DNA of 64,000 nt, taken from the NCBI GenBank assembly GCA_038250515.1, contig JBBSCG010000001.1:25155-89154 (forward strand), given 5' to 3'. Below the pieces are notes generated by a model. That model did no database searches. It had not been told where the DNA came from and saw nothing but the letters and a program-made list of their open reading frames with translations. The stretch comes from Candidatus Limnocylindria bacterium (lineage in GTDB: Bacteria; Chloroflexota; Limnocylindria; QHBO01). This document shows, one piece after another, positions 37,254 to 47,926 of the stretch. The translations under genes were made by a program, and so were the position numbers. How positions within the stretch are numbered: the first letter of the stretch is position 1; the number at the start of each line of letters is the position of its first letter.

Positions 37254-37849
37254 CGCGGTCGGCTCTTGTCGGCCAGCGTCTTGTCGGCCTCGACCGCGGT
37301 CTCCTCGCTGCCCGGATGGCTGCGGCCCACCGGCAGCGCTTCGCTGAAGCGCGTCAGGTCCCAGGTCTCCGGGCGCTCGAGCGGGTTCACGCCGGCGGCC
37401 GATGAGTCGGCGGCATCATCGGGCAGCAAAAAGTCGCGACGCTGCGGGAAGGATCGGTAATCGGGCGACATGAAGATGCGACGCAGGTCGGCGTTGCCCT
37501 CGAAGACGATGCCCATCATGTCGTACATCTCGCGCTCGTGGAACATGGCGCCCTCCCACAGCCCCGTGACACTCGGCGTGCGCGGGTCCTTGCGATCGAC
37601 AGGGACGCGGATGCGCAGCCAGGCAGGATGACGCTCGCTGTACAGGTGGTAGACGACCTCGAACCAGTTCTCCGGGCCGTAGTCAACGGCGGCGGCATCG
37701 GCCAGGAAGAAGAATCCGAACTCGTCGTCGTCACGCAGCCTGCGCAGCGTCTCCACGATCTGGTCGCGCGGCACCTGGACCTCGACGGTGTCCGCATCGG
37801 TCCAGAGCTGGCTGACCGCGCCCGGGAAGCGGTCGAGCAGCAGGCGCAC
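37250..37849 (-). CDS. nuoC: NADH-quinone oxidoreductase subunit C (30 kDa)
   Basis: FGFFFLADAAAVDYGPENWFEVVYHLYSERHPAWLRIRV...HEREMYDMMGIVFEG. The long ORF runs back into nuoB, so the true start (possibly GTG near 37849) is uncertain. Confidence 0.7.
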   Translation of the reverse strand: MRLLLDRFPGAVSQLWTDADTVEVQVPRDQIVETLRRLRDDDEFGFFFLADAAAVDYGPENWFEVVYHLYSERHPAWLRIRVPVDRKDPRTPSVTGLWEGAMFHEREMYDMMGIVFEGNADLRRIFMSPDYRSFPQRRDFLLPDDAADSSAAGVNPLERPETWDLTRFSEALPVGRSHPGSEETAVEADKTLADKSRPR

Positions 37850-37875
37850 CAGGGTGCCTGCCTGAGCGGGTGCGG

Positions 37876-38532
37876 TCAGCGCACGTCTCCTTCCCAGGCC
37901 TGGCGTTGCGGCCCGCGATCGACGTACGTGCTCCAGTGACCGCGGCGTTCCTTGACGAGCTCCTGCAGCCGCATCAACCCGTGGATCAGCGCCTCCGGGC
38001 GCGGCGGGCAGCCCGGTACGTAGACGTCCACCGGCATCACCCGGTCGACACCCTGCACCACGCTGTAGCTGCGCTTGAAGCGGCCGCCGGAGGTCGTGCA
38101 GGTGCCCATCGCGACGCACCACTTCGGTTCGGGCATCTGCTCCCAGAGGCGAACCAGCGGTCCGGCCATCTTGGTCGTCAGCGTACCGGCCACGATCAGC
38201 ACGTCCGCTTGCCGCGGGCTGGCGCGGAACGGGAACATGCCGAAGCGGTCCATGTCATTCATGCTCGTCGCGGTGCTCATCATCTCGATGGCGCAGCAGC
38301 TCAGGCCGGAGAGCAGCGGCCACAGCGAGTTGGCGCGGATCAGATCGAGCAGGTAGTCCGCCTTGGTGGGAATGACCTCCAGCAGACCATGGAAGCCGCC
38401 GCGCGGATGGTCCTCCAGGTCGAACTCGCGCAGCATGTCATCGTCCGCCGCGGCGTCGGGAATGATGATCGGCATGGGCACGTCGAGCGGGGCGATGCCC
38501 TCGGTGGGCCGGTCGGGTGTCTTCAGCGCCAT
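37876..38532 (-). CDS. nuoB: NADH-quinone oxidoreductase subunit B (20 kDa, N2 cluster)
   Basis: [18 protein letters not shown]...[12 protein letters not shown]...[13 protein letters not shown]. The start is at M65. Confidence 0.85.
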   Translation of the reverse strand: MALKTPDRPTEGIAPLDVPMPIIIPDAAADDDMLREFDLEDHPRGGFHGLLEVIPTKADYLLDLIRANSLWPLLSGLSCCAIEMMSTATSMNDMDRFGMFPFRASPRQADVLIVAGTLTTKMAGPLVRLWEQMPEPKWCVAMGTCTTSGGRFKRSYSVVQGVDRVMPVDVYVPGCPPRPEALIHGLMRLQELVKERRGHWSTYVDRGPQRQAWEGDVR

Positions 38533-38882
38533 CGCAGGTCCCCCTTCTTCCACGCATACAGCTCGCCCCACATCAGGATCCCCAGGAAGATCCCCATCAT
38601 CACGATCCCGGGGCCCTGCACGACGCGCACCACGATGGCCCACAGGTAGACGAAGATGATCTCGACGTCGAACGAGACGAAAAGCAGCGCGTAGAGGTAG
38701 AAGGCGAGCCCGAAGCGGCTCCACGTGTCGCCGATGGTATCGATTCCCGACTCATACGGCAGCCCCTTCTGCGGCCGCTGCCGCCGGTGGGTGATCAGCC
38801 AGGCAAAGAGGATCGTGCCGAAGACGAAAAGCGTCGCGGCGAATCCGAAGCCGATGACGTAGATCAGGCCGGTCTGGTCCAT
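38523..38882 (-). CDS. nuoA: NADH-quinone oxidoreductase subunit A
   Basis: [40 protein letters not shown] matches NuoA. Confidence 0.8.
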   Translation of the reverse strand: MDQTGLIYVIGFGFAATLFVFGTILFAWLITHRRQRPQKGLPYESGIDTIGDTWSRFGLAFYLYALLFVSFDVEIIFVYLWAIVVRVVQGPGIVMMGIFLGILMWGELYAWKKGDLRWR

Positions 38883-39006
38883 GTGAGCTCCTCGCAAGGC
38901 GATGCCGTCGCCGGCCGCCTCGCGTCATTGGTGTCAATCGTGTTCCCGCGCTCAGTCTAGCAGTCCCTCCGCCGCACGTCGGTTGCCCCACACGGCGGCA
39001 CAACGG

Positions 39007-40116
39007 TTACCGGGCGCGCCCATGCCACGCGGCGTCGACGAGCACGCGCAGGCCGTCGCTGATCAGCGTGTGACCGCCGAGCAGGAAGGGCGTCGTCGAC
39101 GCCAATGCCGCCTCGGTCAGCTCGCGCAGCCAGCCGGTCTCGACGCGCGCGGCATCGCCGAAGTCCGATGCGAAGCGTTCCTCTGCCGGCGGCCAGGCCG
39201 ATGCCTCCGATGAGCCGCCGAGCGCGGCCATCAGGACCCGCGTGTCGAGGATGACCGCGTCACCCAGTGAGGCGAGCTCGTCGATGAGCTCGGCGGGGGA
39301 TGACCGGCTCAGCAAGGCGGCGAGCAGCGAACGGGGGGCTGCGTCCCGCGCCGAGCGCATGCCGCGCTCCTCGATGAGGAGGCGCACGCGGCAGGCCGTC
39401 TCGGTTTCCAGATACGTCGCGCTCGTTGTCGGAATGCGGCCGGCCACGAGGAGCTGACCGCTGCGGCTGCGCATCACCTCCGCGATCTTCGCCAGGTGCG
39501 GCACCTCCAGTTCGTGGCCGCCGGGGAGCTGCGCCATCTCGAGGAACCCGGTCACCTGCTGGGCCAGCGGGCGGCTCGTGGGCAGCCGGCTGGCGACGCG
39601 CAGCATGGCCGCATCGAGCGCCGTGTCGACGTCGAACCGGGACCAGGCGCCTGCCGTCGCACGTGGCGTGAAGCCGCCCGCCTCGAGGCAGCGGACAGCG
39701 GCGTTGTCGGTGGGGCAGGCCTCAAGGCTCGCCAGCGCCCGATCCAGGTCGCCCGTCACCACGAACGCATCCGCGCTGAATCGGTTGTTGGCAACCACCT
39801 CGCCGGCAAGCGAGGAGAGGAGCTCGTCGAGCGCGTCGTCGGGGAGGAGCGCCAGCGAGCCCGCGCCGATATACCCGATCGCGTCGAGCGTGGCGCCGGC
39901 CAGCGCCGTGCTGGCGGCGGCCGCGAACCAGTGGCCCCAGTGGTTGTCGCCGTTCGGCGTGAGGGGCACGACCGCTGCTCCCAGCCGGCCGAGCCGTATC
40001 GACAGCTCTGCGGCGAGCAGCCGCTGCGTCGTCTCCGCCACCGCGGCGTAGGAGCCGAAGGCCGCCTCTGACGGCGGCACCACGACCAGGACGAGCGGCG
40101 CCGGCCGATCAGCCAT
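39007..40116 (-). CDS. Hypothetical protein
   Basis: A 369-aa Ala/Leu-rich ORF with protein-like codon periodicity and no recognised motif. Confidence 0.4.
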   Translation of the reverse strand: MADRPAPLVLVVVPPSEAAFGSYAAVAETTQRLLAAELSIRLGRLGAAVVPLTPNGDNHWGHWFAAAASTALAGATLDAIGYIGAGSLALLPDDALDELLSSLAGEVVANNRFSADAFVVTGDLDRALASLEACPTDNAAVRCLEAGGFTPRATAGAWSRFDVDTALDAAMLRVASRLPTSRPLAQQVTGFLEMAQLPGGHELEVPHLAKIAEVMRSRSGQLLVAGRIPTTSATYLETETACRVRLLIEERGMRSARDAAPRSLLAALLSRSSPAELIDELASLGDAVILDTRVLMAALGGSSEASAWPPAEERFASDFGDAARVETGWLRELTEAALASTTPFLLGGHTLISDGLRVLVDAAWHGRAR

Positions 40117-40681
40117 TGTCGGCGAGGCGGTGCAGCTGCTCCAGATGCATCAGGTCGTGAACGCCGGCGAAGAGGAGCCACTCCCCGCAGCGCAGGTGGC
40201 CGATCAGCGGATGGTCGAGGGGGCATCGGTCACGCTCGTGGCCCTCGATCGCCGCAGCCGATTCAGCCATTGAGCGGCGGCTCTTGTCGAGGAGGGTATG
40301 CAGCGCAGCACGGTCGAGGTCAGGTGGACCCGGGATGGATGAACGGACGCTCGGCGGCGAGTCGGCCGGCCACTTCCCGGAGGCCGACAGCGCGGCCCAC
40401 GCGGTGAGGGAACGGCGTGCGGCCGTGGTATGGGCGAAGGCCTGCGCCACGTTCCAATTTTCCTCGCCACCGGGCGTCCGCAGCGTCTCCTCGGGCAGCG
40501 CATCAAGCGCCGCCGCCAGCGCGTCGGCGACGGCTTCCTGCTGCGCCAGGATTCGCGGCGCGGACTCCACAGTCGCTCGTCGTCGCAGCTCGCGGTATAG
40601 GTCGCGGGAGTCCGCGACGCGCCAGCAGGCGACGGGATCGGGCGCATCGGCCTCGAGGGAGCGCAGCCACGAATGGATCAC
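40109..40681 (-). CDS. DinB/MDMPI-N-terminal-like (mycothiol-dependent isomerase/metal-binding four-helix bundle) family protein
   Basis: WNVAQAFAHTTA...HERDRCPLDHPLIGHL...LFAGVHDLMHLEQL gives a His-rich DinB_2-like pattern. Confidence 0.45.
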   Translation of the reverse strand: MIHSWLRSLEADAPDPVACWRVADSRDLYRELRRRATVESAPRILAQQEAVADALAAALDALPEETLRTPGGEENWNVAQAFAHTTAARRSLTAWAALSASGKWPADSPPSVRSSIPGPPDLDRAALHTLLDKSRRSMAESAAAIEGHERDRCPLDHPLIGHLRCGEWLLFAGVHDLMHLEQLHRLADNG

Positions 40682-40773
40682 GCTGGCACCATCACACGAT
40701 ATTCCGATCCGTAACGTGCCGTGCGGCGCTCATTTGTCATCTATCGGCCGCGCGCCGCGCCGGGGCATCGGTC

Positions 40774-41103
40774 TCAGAGGCGTTCGAAGCGCTCGACGGG
40801 CAGGACGAAGACGGTGGCGCCGCCCACCTCGACCTCGACCGGGTAGGGCATGTAGAACTCGCCCGGCTCCATGATCGGGGGCATCGGGTTGACGAACTGG
40901 CGCCGCGAATGGCAGTTGGCGCTGACGATCTCGAGCACGGCGTCGACCTGGTCGTCCTCGACGCCGACCAGGATGGTGGCGTTGCCCTGCTTGAGGAATC
41001 CGCCGGACGAATGCAGTCGCGTGGCGCGGTACTCCTTCTCCAGGAGCGCGTCGACGAGGTTCGCGGCGTCTTCGTTGTGCACGATCGCGGTGACGAGCTT
41101 CAT
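40774..41103 (-). CDS. darA: PII-like cyclic-di-AMP receptor DarA/PstA (DUF970)
   Basis: MKLVTAIVHNEDAANLVDALLEKEYRATRLHSSGGFLKQGNATILVGVEDDQVDAVLEIV...YPVEVEVGGATVFVLPVERF aligns nearly residue by residue with B. subtilis DarA. It lies next to tmk, as in Firmicutes. Confidence 0.7.
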   Translation of the reverse strand: MKLVTAIVHNEDAANLVDALLEKEYRATRLHSSGGFLKQGNATILVGVEDDQVDAVLEIVSANCHSRRQFVNPMPPIMEPGEFYMPYPVEVEVGGATVFVLPVERFERL

Positions 41104-41229
41104 GCTGAGCCGATCCTCCGTGGGCACGGGCACGTTGGGCACGCCGATTATGCCACGGGCGACGCGCGGCACAGGCGCCTGGCGGGACCCATGCGCCGGC
41201 GCCGTGCCGGACCCTCGCAGCGCCAAGGC

Positions 41230-41883
41230 TCAGCCGGCCAGCAGCGGTGCCACGAGGTCGCGCACCAGCGCGTCGGACTGCCGCACGCTGCCTGATCCAT
41301 CGATGACCTTCACCCGGTCCGGCTCGTCAGCCGCCAGCGCCAGGTAACCCGCACGCACCTTCTCGAAGAACGCGACAACCTGGGTATCCTCGAACCGGTT
41401 CCAGGCGCCGCCGCGCTTGCGGCTCAATCCGACCTCGACCGGCACGTCGAGCAGCAGGGTCAGGTCAGGGCACAGACCGAAGGTCGCGTACTCCTGGAGT
41501 TGCCGCAGCTCGGTCATGTCGTTGCCGTAACCGGCGCCCTGGTAGGCGAGCGACGAATCGGCGAAGCGCGCGCACACGACCCACTCGCCGCGCTCCAGCG
41601 CTGGCCCGATCACGCGGGCCACATGCTGCGCGCGACCGGCCGCGTAGAGGAGCGCATCGGAACGCGGGTCGAGGTCGTCGCTCACGCCGCGCATGTGCAG
41701 CACGATGCGCCGGATCTCCTCGCCGAGCGGTGTCCCGCCGGGCTCGTGGGTGAGCACAACGCTCAGGCCGCGGCCGGAAAGCCAGTCAGCGAGATGACGC
41801 GCGGCGGTGGTCTTGCCGCTGCCCTCCGGACCCTCGAGCGTGATCAAGCGACCGCGCGCCGGCGTCAGCGGCGTCAGCGCCAC
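41230..41883 (-). CDS. tmk: Thymidylate kinase
   Basis: P-loop [13 protein letters not shown]. The size and layout match Tmk. Confidence 0.85.
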   Translation of the reverse strand: MALTPLTPARGRLITLEGPEGSGKTTAARHLADWLSGRGLSVVLTHEPGGTPLGEEIRRIVLHMRGVSDDLDPRSDALLYAAGRAQHVARVIGPALERGEWVVCARFADSSLAYQGAGYGNDMTELRQLQEYATFGLCPDLTLLLDVPVEVGLSRKRGGAWNRFEDTQVVAFFEKVRAGYLALAADEPDRVKVIDGSGSVRQSDALVRDLVAPLLAG

Positions 41884-43730
41884 GCTTGGCCCTCTTCGGG
41901 AACGAGCTCGACCCGCCGGTTCGGCTCCGAGCCGCGCGAACGCGACATGAGCGCATTGCGCTCGGCCATCTGGTGCTGCAGCCGTCGCACGTAGGCGTTC
42001 TGTGGAGCCAGCTCGACCGCTTGCCCCGAGGCCTGCACCAGGCCGATCGCCTCTGCCGTTTCGCGGAGTGCCGCCTCCTGTGGATCGGCCTCGAGGTCGA
42101 ACAGCGAGGCGAGCATGTTCTCCATCTGCAGAATCGTGTTCGTCTTGAGCACGTAGATCGGCACGCCGTTCGACTCCGCGTCGCGCAGCGCCGCCGGCTT
42201 GCGCTTGTAGTAGTTGCGCAGTGTGACGACCGCGTCCGCCTCGTCGAGGTCGCGCGCCACGCTGATCGGCACGCCGAGCTCGCGCACCGCCTGCTCCAGG
42301 CGCTTGCGGCTCACGCCGAAGACGAAGAGGCTCATCGCGCGCTGGTTGCGCCTGGCGGGTGGCGCCGGTGGCGTCGCGCCCACGGGCCGATCCAGCACCT
42401 CGTCGAGCACCTCATCCAGCGCTGCGCGCCCGTGCTGCGGATTCGTCGTCGCCAGGCGCTCGGCTGTCTGCTCGGTGGCGAGGCGCTCACCCGGCAGCGA
42501 GCGCAGGCCACGCGGCTCGCCGCGGCCACCGCGACCCGGCAACGAGCGCAGCTGGCCGCCGGCGCCAAAGCGCCCGCCGGTGCCGCTGCCGTTCCGTGAG
42601 AATGCTCCGAAGCCGCCGGTCGGCTCGATCGGTGCAAAGGCCGGGTTGCCGGCCGCGGTCTCGCTGATGCGGTAGTCGTACTTGGTGAACGCATGCAGCT
42701 CGCCGCTCTCGTCGCGCGATCGCGACTCGGGCGGGACCATGTGGCCGCGCAGGATGGCGTCGACCGTCTCGGCCACGTTGCGATGCAGGATCACGTGGTC
42801 GCGCTCGACGATCTCGATCAGCACGTCGAAGGTCGGTGGCGCCTTGCGCTCGAGAACCGTCTTCTGCGTGCCGCGCCGGCGCGCCTCCTCATCGCCCAGG
42901 GTCACAGGCTGGATGCCGCCGACGAGGTCGCTCAACGTCGGATTCAGCATCAGGTTGTCGAGCGTGTTGCCGTGCGCCGTACCGACCAGCTGCACGCCGC
43001 GCTCGGCGATGGTGCGGGCGGCTCCCGTGTCCAGCTCGGTACCGATCTCGTCGATCACGATCACTTCGGGCATGTGGTTCTCGACGGCCTCGATCATCAC
43101 GGCGTGCTGCTCGGTCGGCGTGCGGACCTGCATGCGTCGCGCGTCGCCGATCCCCGGGTGCGGGATGTCTCCGTCGCCAGCGATCTCGTTCGACGTGTCG
43201 ACCACGATCACGCGCTTGCCGAACTCATCGGCCAGTACGCGCGCGACCTCGCGCAGCATGGTCGTCTTTCCCACGCCGGGCCGACCCAGGATCAGGATCG
43301 ACTGGCCCGACTCGACGGTGTCGCGGATGATGTCGATGGTGCCGAATACGGCGCGACCGATGCGGCAGGTCAGCCCCACGACCTTTCCTGACCGATTCCG
43401 GATGGCGCTGATCCGATGCAGCGTGCGCTCGATCCCGGCCCGGTTGTCGTCGCCGAAGACGCCGATGTGCTCGACGACGTGCGCGATGTCCTCCTCGGTG
43501 ATCTCGCGGTCGAGCAGCTCCTCCTCCCCGCGGCCGAAGCGCGCCTCCGGCCGGCGGCCGAGGTCCATCACCACCTCGAGCAGGTCGGTCCGATCCGACA
43601 GCGAGCGCAGGCTCGCGCAGATCTCCGGTGGCAGCGCCTCCATCAGCGCGTCGAGGTCGTCGGTCGTCTCGCGGCGTGGCACCGTTGGCTTCGTGCCTCC
43701 TCTGCTCACAAGATGGTTCGCTGTGCTCAC
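41874..43730 (-). CDS. AAA-family ATPase of the SpoIIIAA/Ycf45 type with a C-terminal R3H-like nucleic-acid-binding region
   Basis: Walker [23 protein letters not shown], Walker [14 protein letters not shown] and [17 protein letters not shown] are present. A Gly/Arg-rich linker follows, and the C-terminus reads [22 protein letters not shown]. Confidence 0.55.
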   Translation of the reverse strand: MSTANHLVSRGGTKPTVPRRETTDDLDALMEALPPEICASLRSLSDRTDLLEVVMDLGRRPEARFGRGEEELLDREITEEDIAHVVEHIGVFGDDNRAGIERTLHRISAIRNRSGKVVGLTCRIGRAVFGTIDIIRDTVESGQSILILGRPGVGKTTMLREVARVLADEFGKRVIVVDTSNEIAGDGDIPHPGIGDARRMQVRTPTEQHAVMIEAVENHMPEVIVIDEIGTELDTGAARTIAERGVQLVGTAHGNTLDNLMLNPTLSDLVGGIQPVTLGDEEARRRGTQKTVLERKAPPTFDVLIEIVERDHVILHRNVAETVDAILRGHMVPPESRSRDESGELHAFTKYDYRISETAAGNPAFAPIEPTGGFGAFSRNGSGTGGRFGAGGQLRSLPGRGGRGEPRGLRSLPGERLATEQTAERLATTNPQHGRAALDEVLDEVLDRPVGATPPAPPARRNQRAMSLFVFGVSRKRLEQAVRELGVPISVARDLDEADAVVTLRNYYKRKPAALRDAESNGVPIYVLKTNTILQMENMLASLFDLEADPQEAALRETAEAIGLVQASGQAVELAPQNAYVRRLQHQMAERNALMSRSRGSEPNRRVELVPEEGQAWR

Positions 43731-44803
43731 CGGATGGCGGGCACCATGGCGGGCTGGCGGACCGTGCCGCGTACTTCGCGCACCAGCATGGTCACGCGTC
43801 CGACCGGCTCGAAGCCGGTCGCGGTGACGGCCCGCATCCCCATCGACTCGTATGTTCGCACCGGTGAGAGGATTCCCGCAGCCATTGCGTCACTCCCCAT
43901 CCGATCGAGCACGCTTCGCAGAAATTGTGCCCCATCGGTCCCTTCGCGGACGAGCACACGCAGGTAGTGTGGGCCAGAGCGGCAGCTGCCGCTCTGGGCG
44001 AAGCCGCCCGCACGCTGATCGCTGGGCAGGAACCAGGCGTCGACGTCGGAGAAATGCATGAGCGGGTTGAGGCTGCTGCGTGGAACGGTCGCCTCGTGCC
44101 CGACCGATTCCCAGTCGGCGGCGCCGTAGCCCTCGACGCGCGCGATCGCCGGCGGGGTGCTGTAGGTCCACAGGTCGAACAGGTGCCAGGCATCCGGAGC
44201 GCCCGCCGCCTGCAGCGCGACTGAGCTCCGCAGCGCTTCGCCGCTTCCGTTGCCCGAGGCCGTTGCGTGACCGTCGGGCGAGAAGACGCGTCGCAGCCAT
44301 GACCGCGCGCCGGCGAGCGCCTCCGGCGGCCGATACATGATCTCCTCCTGCGCGTAGGCCATGAAGCTTGCCTGGCCGAACAGCTCGAGGTTCTCCCGCA
44401 CGTCGGAACAGGCGGCGTGGTAGCGCGCCACGCCCCGCTGCTCGCCCTCCTCGACCACTGCGCCGAGCAGTGCGTGGCGGACCTCGGCGGCCGCCGGTCC
44501 GTCCTCGGCCTCGAGCTCGGTGATGACCCAGTCGTCGCGGTGCGGCTCCTCGAGCGCGCGGCACGAGCCGAGAAGCTCGCCGTCCATCTCCATCACCAGG
44601 TGCAGCGATGGCGCGCGCAATGGCAGCCATGACGGAATCAGCGTTGAGAGACGGAATCGCGGCTGCGAGGTCGACGGCGCGGGCACGCCGAGGCTGCGCC
44701 GATGCCCGTCGGGCGCCTGGTGGACGCGTCGCGACAGGTCGTTCAGCGCCTGCCGATCGGTGATGCGCGCCGCTCGGACCACGCCGCTGCCGGTGTCGAT
44801 CAC
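43727..44803 (-). CDS. Hypothetical protein, possibly GNAT-like
   Basis: A 358-aa ORF translationally coupled to neighbours. Weak GNAT-like N-terminus ([15 protein letters not shown]). Confidence 0.3.
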   Translation of the reverse strand: MIDTGSGVVRAARITDRQALNDLSRRVHQAPDGHRRSLGVPAPSTSQPRFRLSTLIPSWLPLRAPSLHLVMEMDGELLGSCRALEEPHRDDWVITELEAEDGPAAAEVRHALLGAVVEEGEQRGVARYHAACSDVRENLELFGQASFMAYAQEEIMYRPPEALAGARSWLRRVFSPDGHATASGNGSGEALRSSVALQAAGAPDAWHLFDLWTYSTPPAIARVEGYGAADWESVGHEATVPRSSLNPLMHFSDVDAWFLPSDQRAGGFAQSGSCRSGPHYLRVLVREGTDGAQFLRSVLDRMGSDAMAAGILSPVRTYESMGMRAVTATGFEPVGRVTMLVREVRGTVRQPAMVPAIR

Positions 44804-45435
44804 GCCTCTTCTCCGTCGATCATGTCGACCAGCAGCCGGTGCAGCCGTCGGTCGTCGGTCAGCTCGGGATGGAACGCCGTGGCCAGTACGCGGCCCTGGC
44901 GCACCGCGATCGGTCGCCCCTCAGCATCCCGTGCGAGCACCTCGACGTCACGGCCCAGGTCACTGACGACCGGGGCGCGGATGAAGACGCCGTGTAGCGG
45001 CACGTCGCCGAGCACCGGCACGTCGATGTCAGCCTCGAAGGAATCCAGCTGCCGGCCGTAGGCATTGCGCTGCACGGTGGCGTCCAGCAGGCACAGGATC
45101 GGTTCCTCGTCATCGGAGAGCCGTTTGGCCAGCAGGATCATGCCGGCGCAGGTTCCGAGCAGTGGTGCGCCGCTGCGGGCCATGGTCAGAATCGGCTCCC
45201 GCAGGCCATACAGGTCGATCAGCCGGCGCATGGTGGTGCTCTCGCCGCCGGGCAGGATGAGCGCGTCGAGATCCTGCAGGTCGGCCGGGAGGCGCACCAT
45301 CACAGGCTCGGCGCCGACGGCGCGCAGCGCATCGGCGTGTTCGCGGACGGCTCCCTGGAGGGCCAGGATGCCGACACGCGGTGGCCGGCGATCAGCCGGC
45401 TCGAACGGCCACGGGACGGACGCCTGCGACGCCAT
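44800..45435 (-). CDS. pdxT: Pyridoxal 5'-phosphate synthase glutaminase subunit
   Basis: RVGILALQGAVREHADALRAVGAE...ILPGGESTTM...GTCAGMILLAK, with the class I glutamine amidotransferase Cys/His. Confidence 0.85.
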   Translation of the reverse strand: MASQASVPWPFEPADRRPPRVGILALQGAVREHADALRAVGAEPVMVRLPADLQDLDALILPGGESTTMRRLIDLYGLREPILTMARSGAPLLGTCAGMILLAKRLSDDEEPILCLLDATVQRNAYGRQLDSFEADIDVPVLGDVPLHGVFIRAPVVSDLGRDVEVLARDAEGRPIAVRQGRVLATAFHPELTDDRRLHRLLVDMIDGEEA

Positions 45436-45448
45436 CGGTCTGTGCGAC

Positions 45449-46339
45449 CTACCAGCCGCGAACGGCGAGGCGCTCCTCGACGGGGATCTCGGAGAGCTCC
45501 AGGCCGTGCATCGGCTCGCCCAGTCCGGCGCTCACCTCGGCCAGGATGTCGGGGTTGTCGTAGTGCGTCGTCGCCTTGACGATGGCGCGCGCCACGCGCT
45601 CGGGGTTCTCGCTCTTGAAGATGCCGGAGCCGACGAAGACGCTCTGCGCACCGAGCTGGCGCATCAGGCTCGCGTCGGCGGGAGTCGCCACGCCGCCGGC
45701 GCTGAAGTTCGGAACGGGGAGCTCGCCAAGATCGGCGACCTGCTGGACGGCGGCCAGCGGCGCGCGCAGCTCCTTGGCCGCGGCGTACAGCTCGTCCGGT
45801 CGCATGCCCGTCAGCTCGCGGATCCCCTTCTGCACCGCGCGCATGTGGCGCACCGCCTCGACGATATTGCCCGTGCCTGCCTCGCCCTTGGTGCGGATCA
45901 TGGCCGCCCCCTCACCGATGCGTCGCAGCGCCTCGCCCAGGTCGCGGCAGCCGCACACGAACGGAACCTCGAAGCGATGCTTGTCGATGTGGTGCTCCTC
46001 GTCGGCCGGGGTCAGCACTTCGGACTCGTCGATGAAGTCGACGGCAAGCGCCTGGAGGATCTGCGCCTCCGCGATGTGCCCGATCCGGCACTTGGCCATG
46101 ACCGGGATGGTGACCGCGGCCTTGATCTCCTCGATCAGCTTCGGGTCGCTCATGCGCGCCACGCCACCGAATTTGCGGATGTCGGACGGCACGCGCTCGA
46201 GCGCCATCACGGCGACCGCGCCGGCCTCCTCCGCGATCTTCGCCTGGTCGGCGGTGACCACGTCCATGATCACGCCACCGGAGAGCATCCGCGCCAAGCC
46301 GACCTTCGTCGCCCAGGTGCTGGTTTGATTGGTCGTCAT
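45449..46339 (-). CDS. pdxS: Pyridoxal 5'-phosphate synthase lyase subunit
   Basis: [35 protein letters not shown]...[18 protein letters not shown] is nearly invariant PdxS sequence. The start is at M78 of the ORF. Confidence 0.9.
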   Translation of the reverse strand: MTTNQTSTWATKVGLARMLSGGVIMDVVTADQAKIAEEAGAVAVMALERVPSDIRKFGGVARMSDPKLIEEIKAAVTIPVMAKCRIGHIAEAQILQALAVDFIDESEVLTPADEEHHIDKHRFEVPFVCGCRDLGEALRRIGEGAAMIRTKGEAGTGNIVEAVRHMRAVQKGIRELTGMRPDELYAAAKELRAPLAAVQQVADLGELPVPNFSAGGVATPADASLMRQLGAQSVFVGSGIFKSENPERVARAIVKATTHYDNPDILAEVSAGLGEPMHGLELSEIPVEERLAVRGW

Positions 46340-46408
46340 CTGTCGTTCGTTCACCGTGCATGGACCGATGCCGGCGCTGCGCGCCGGACGTCGCTTTATT
46401 GTACTCGG

Positions 46409-46442
46409 GCCTCTGATTGCGCCTGATTGCGCCTGATTGCGC
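46409..46442. repeat. Tandem decamer repeat (CCTGATTGCG x about 3.3) in the pdxS upstream region
   Basis: tctgattgcg cctgattgcg cctgattgcg cc, at 46411-46442. It lies 70-100 nt upstream of the pdxS start on the minus strand and downstream of the SDR gene. Confidence 0.6.
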
Positions 46443-46573
46443 CGGTCAGTTTGGCGTGCGGGATCGGCTTCGTCATCCGCGTCTGGAACGCTGAGCGAGC
46501 GAATTGACGATGGGGCGTTGCGCGCGTGCTGCGTTGCGCGTGAGCGGCCACTGCTTGAGTCGGCCGCCAAAAA

Positions 46574-47263
46574 TCAGCCGGCGGTGAGCGGAATGCGTGC
46601 GCCGTTCACCGCGCCGGCGTCGTCGCTGCACAGGTAGGCGATGGTCGATGCGATCTGCTCGGGCGTGGCCCAGCCGGCCTTGCCGGAGTGCTCCGCGTCG
46701 ATCGCTCGAACGACGACGAGGTTTGCGGTCACGCCACTCCCCTTCAGCTCGCGGGCCAGTGACATGAGCAGCGCGTCCTGCGCAGACTTGGCAGCTGCGT
46801 ATGCGGACAGGTTCGGGCCCGGTGTCGCCACCACGCTCGGCGAAATCGCCACGATGCGTCCCCATCCCGCCGCGGTCATGTGCGGCACCACTGCACGTGC
46901 GAGGTTGAAGGTGGTCCACACATGCTGGTCGAGCATGTCGCGCAGCTCCGTTGGGTCGAGCTCGACCAGGGACGTGCCACCGGCGTAGCCGCCGACCAGG
47001 TGCGCCAGGATGTCAATGCGGCCGAAATGTTCGATCGCGGCATCGACAGACGCCGAGGCGCTCGGCGCGTCTGTCAGATCGGCAACCTGCGTGAGGCATC
47101 GGGCAGGCGAGAGGGAGAGGTCGGATGCAAGCGCGTCGAGCCGCGAGGCATCGGTCCCGAGCAGGACCACTGATGCGCCTTCCTCGGCGAGCCGACGGGC
47201 GACGACCCGGCCGAGGCCGCCGGTTGCGCCACTGATCATCGCGACGCGAGACTGGAGCGGCAT
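46574..47263 (-). CDS. SDR-family short-chain dehydrogenase/reductase
   Basis: AMISGATGGLGRVVARRLAEEGASVVLLG (TGxxxGxG), NAG-like and YxxxK regions. The start is at M34. Confidence 0.7.
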   Translation of the reverse strand: MPLQSRVAMISGATGGLGRVVARRLAEEGASVVLLGTDASRLDALASDLSLSPARCLTQVADLTDAPSASASVDAAIEHFGRIDILAHLVGGYAGGTSLVELDPTELRDMLDQHVWTTFNLARAVVPHMTAAGWGRIVAISPSVVATPGPNLSAYAAAKSAQDALLMSLARELKGSGVTANLVVVRAIDAEHSGKAGWATPEQIASTIAYLCSDDAGAVNGARIPLTAG

Positions 47264-47333
47264 GCAGAGCAGGGTAACAGCGAAGAGCGCGGCTCGAATC
47301 GTTGCTATCATCCGATCCCGAAGGGTCCCGAAC

Positions 47334-47864
47334 GTGATCAACGCACCTGTGCTGGTCCTCAACCAGAATTACGAGCCGCTCAACGTCTGCGACATCAGGC
47401 GCGCCTTTCGGCTGCTTGGCGCGGACAAGGCCGAGCTGCTCGAGCGCAACCACCAGGTCATTCACACGCCGACGGTGGCGATCCCGGCCCCGTCGGTCAT
47501 TCGGCTGATCAGCCTCGTCAAACGGCCGCGGCCGCGCGTCAAGCTCAGCCGGCGCGAGGTGTTCGCCCGTGATCGGCACACCTGCCAGTACTGCGGCACG
47601 GTGAGACGCGACCTGACGATCGACCACGTCATCCCGAAGCACCGGGGCGGGCGCCATGAGTGGGAGAACCTCGTGGCGGCGTGCCGCGGCTGCAACCATC
47701 GCAAGGGCTCCAAGACGCTGGCCGAGGCCCGCATGGCATTGCACAAGGAGCCTCGCGCGCCGCGCGCCGACGTGCGCTACCTGTACGGCACCTACCTCGC
47801 TGACGATCGCAACGATCCCTGGCGCAATTACCTGTTCCTGGGCGACGCATCCGCGCGGAGCTGA
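47334..47864 (+). CDS. HNH endonuclease-family protein
   Basis: HTCQYCGTVRRDLTIDHVIPKHRGGRHEWENLVAACRGCNHRKGSK is an HNH with its zinc-finger Cys pairs. A GTG start at 47334 is preferred; ATG 47262 would overlap the SDR start. Confidence 0.65.
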   Translation: MINAPVLVLNQNYEPLNVCDIRRAFRLLGADKAELLERNHQVIHTPTVAIPAPSVIRLISLVKRPRPRVKLSRREVFARDRHTCQYCGTVRRDLTIDHVIPKHRGGRHEWENLVAACRGCNHRKGSKTLAEARMALHKEPRAPRADVRYLYGTYLADDRNDPWRNYLFLGDASARS

Positions 47865-47926
47865 CGACCACGCCCCGGCCGCGTGATCCCGACCGCCTGG
47901 CGCTCGACCGCCGGCTCCCGCGGCCC

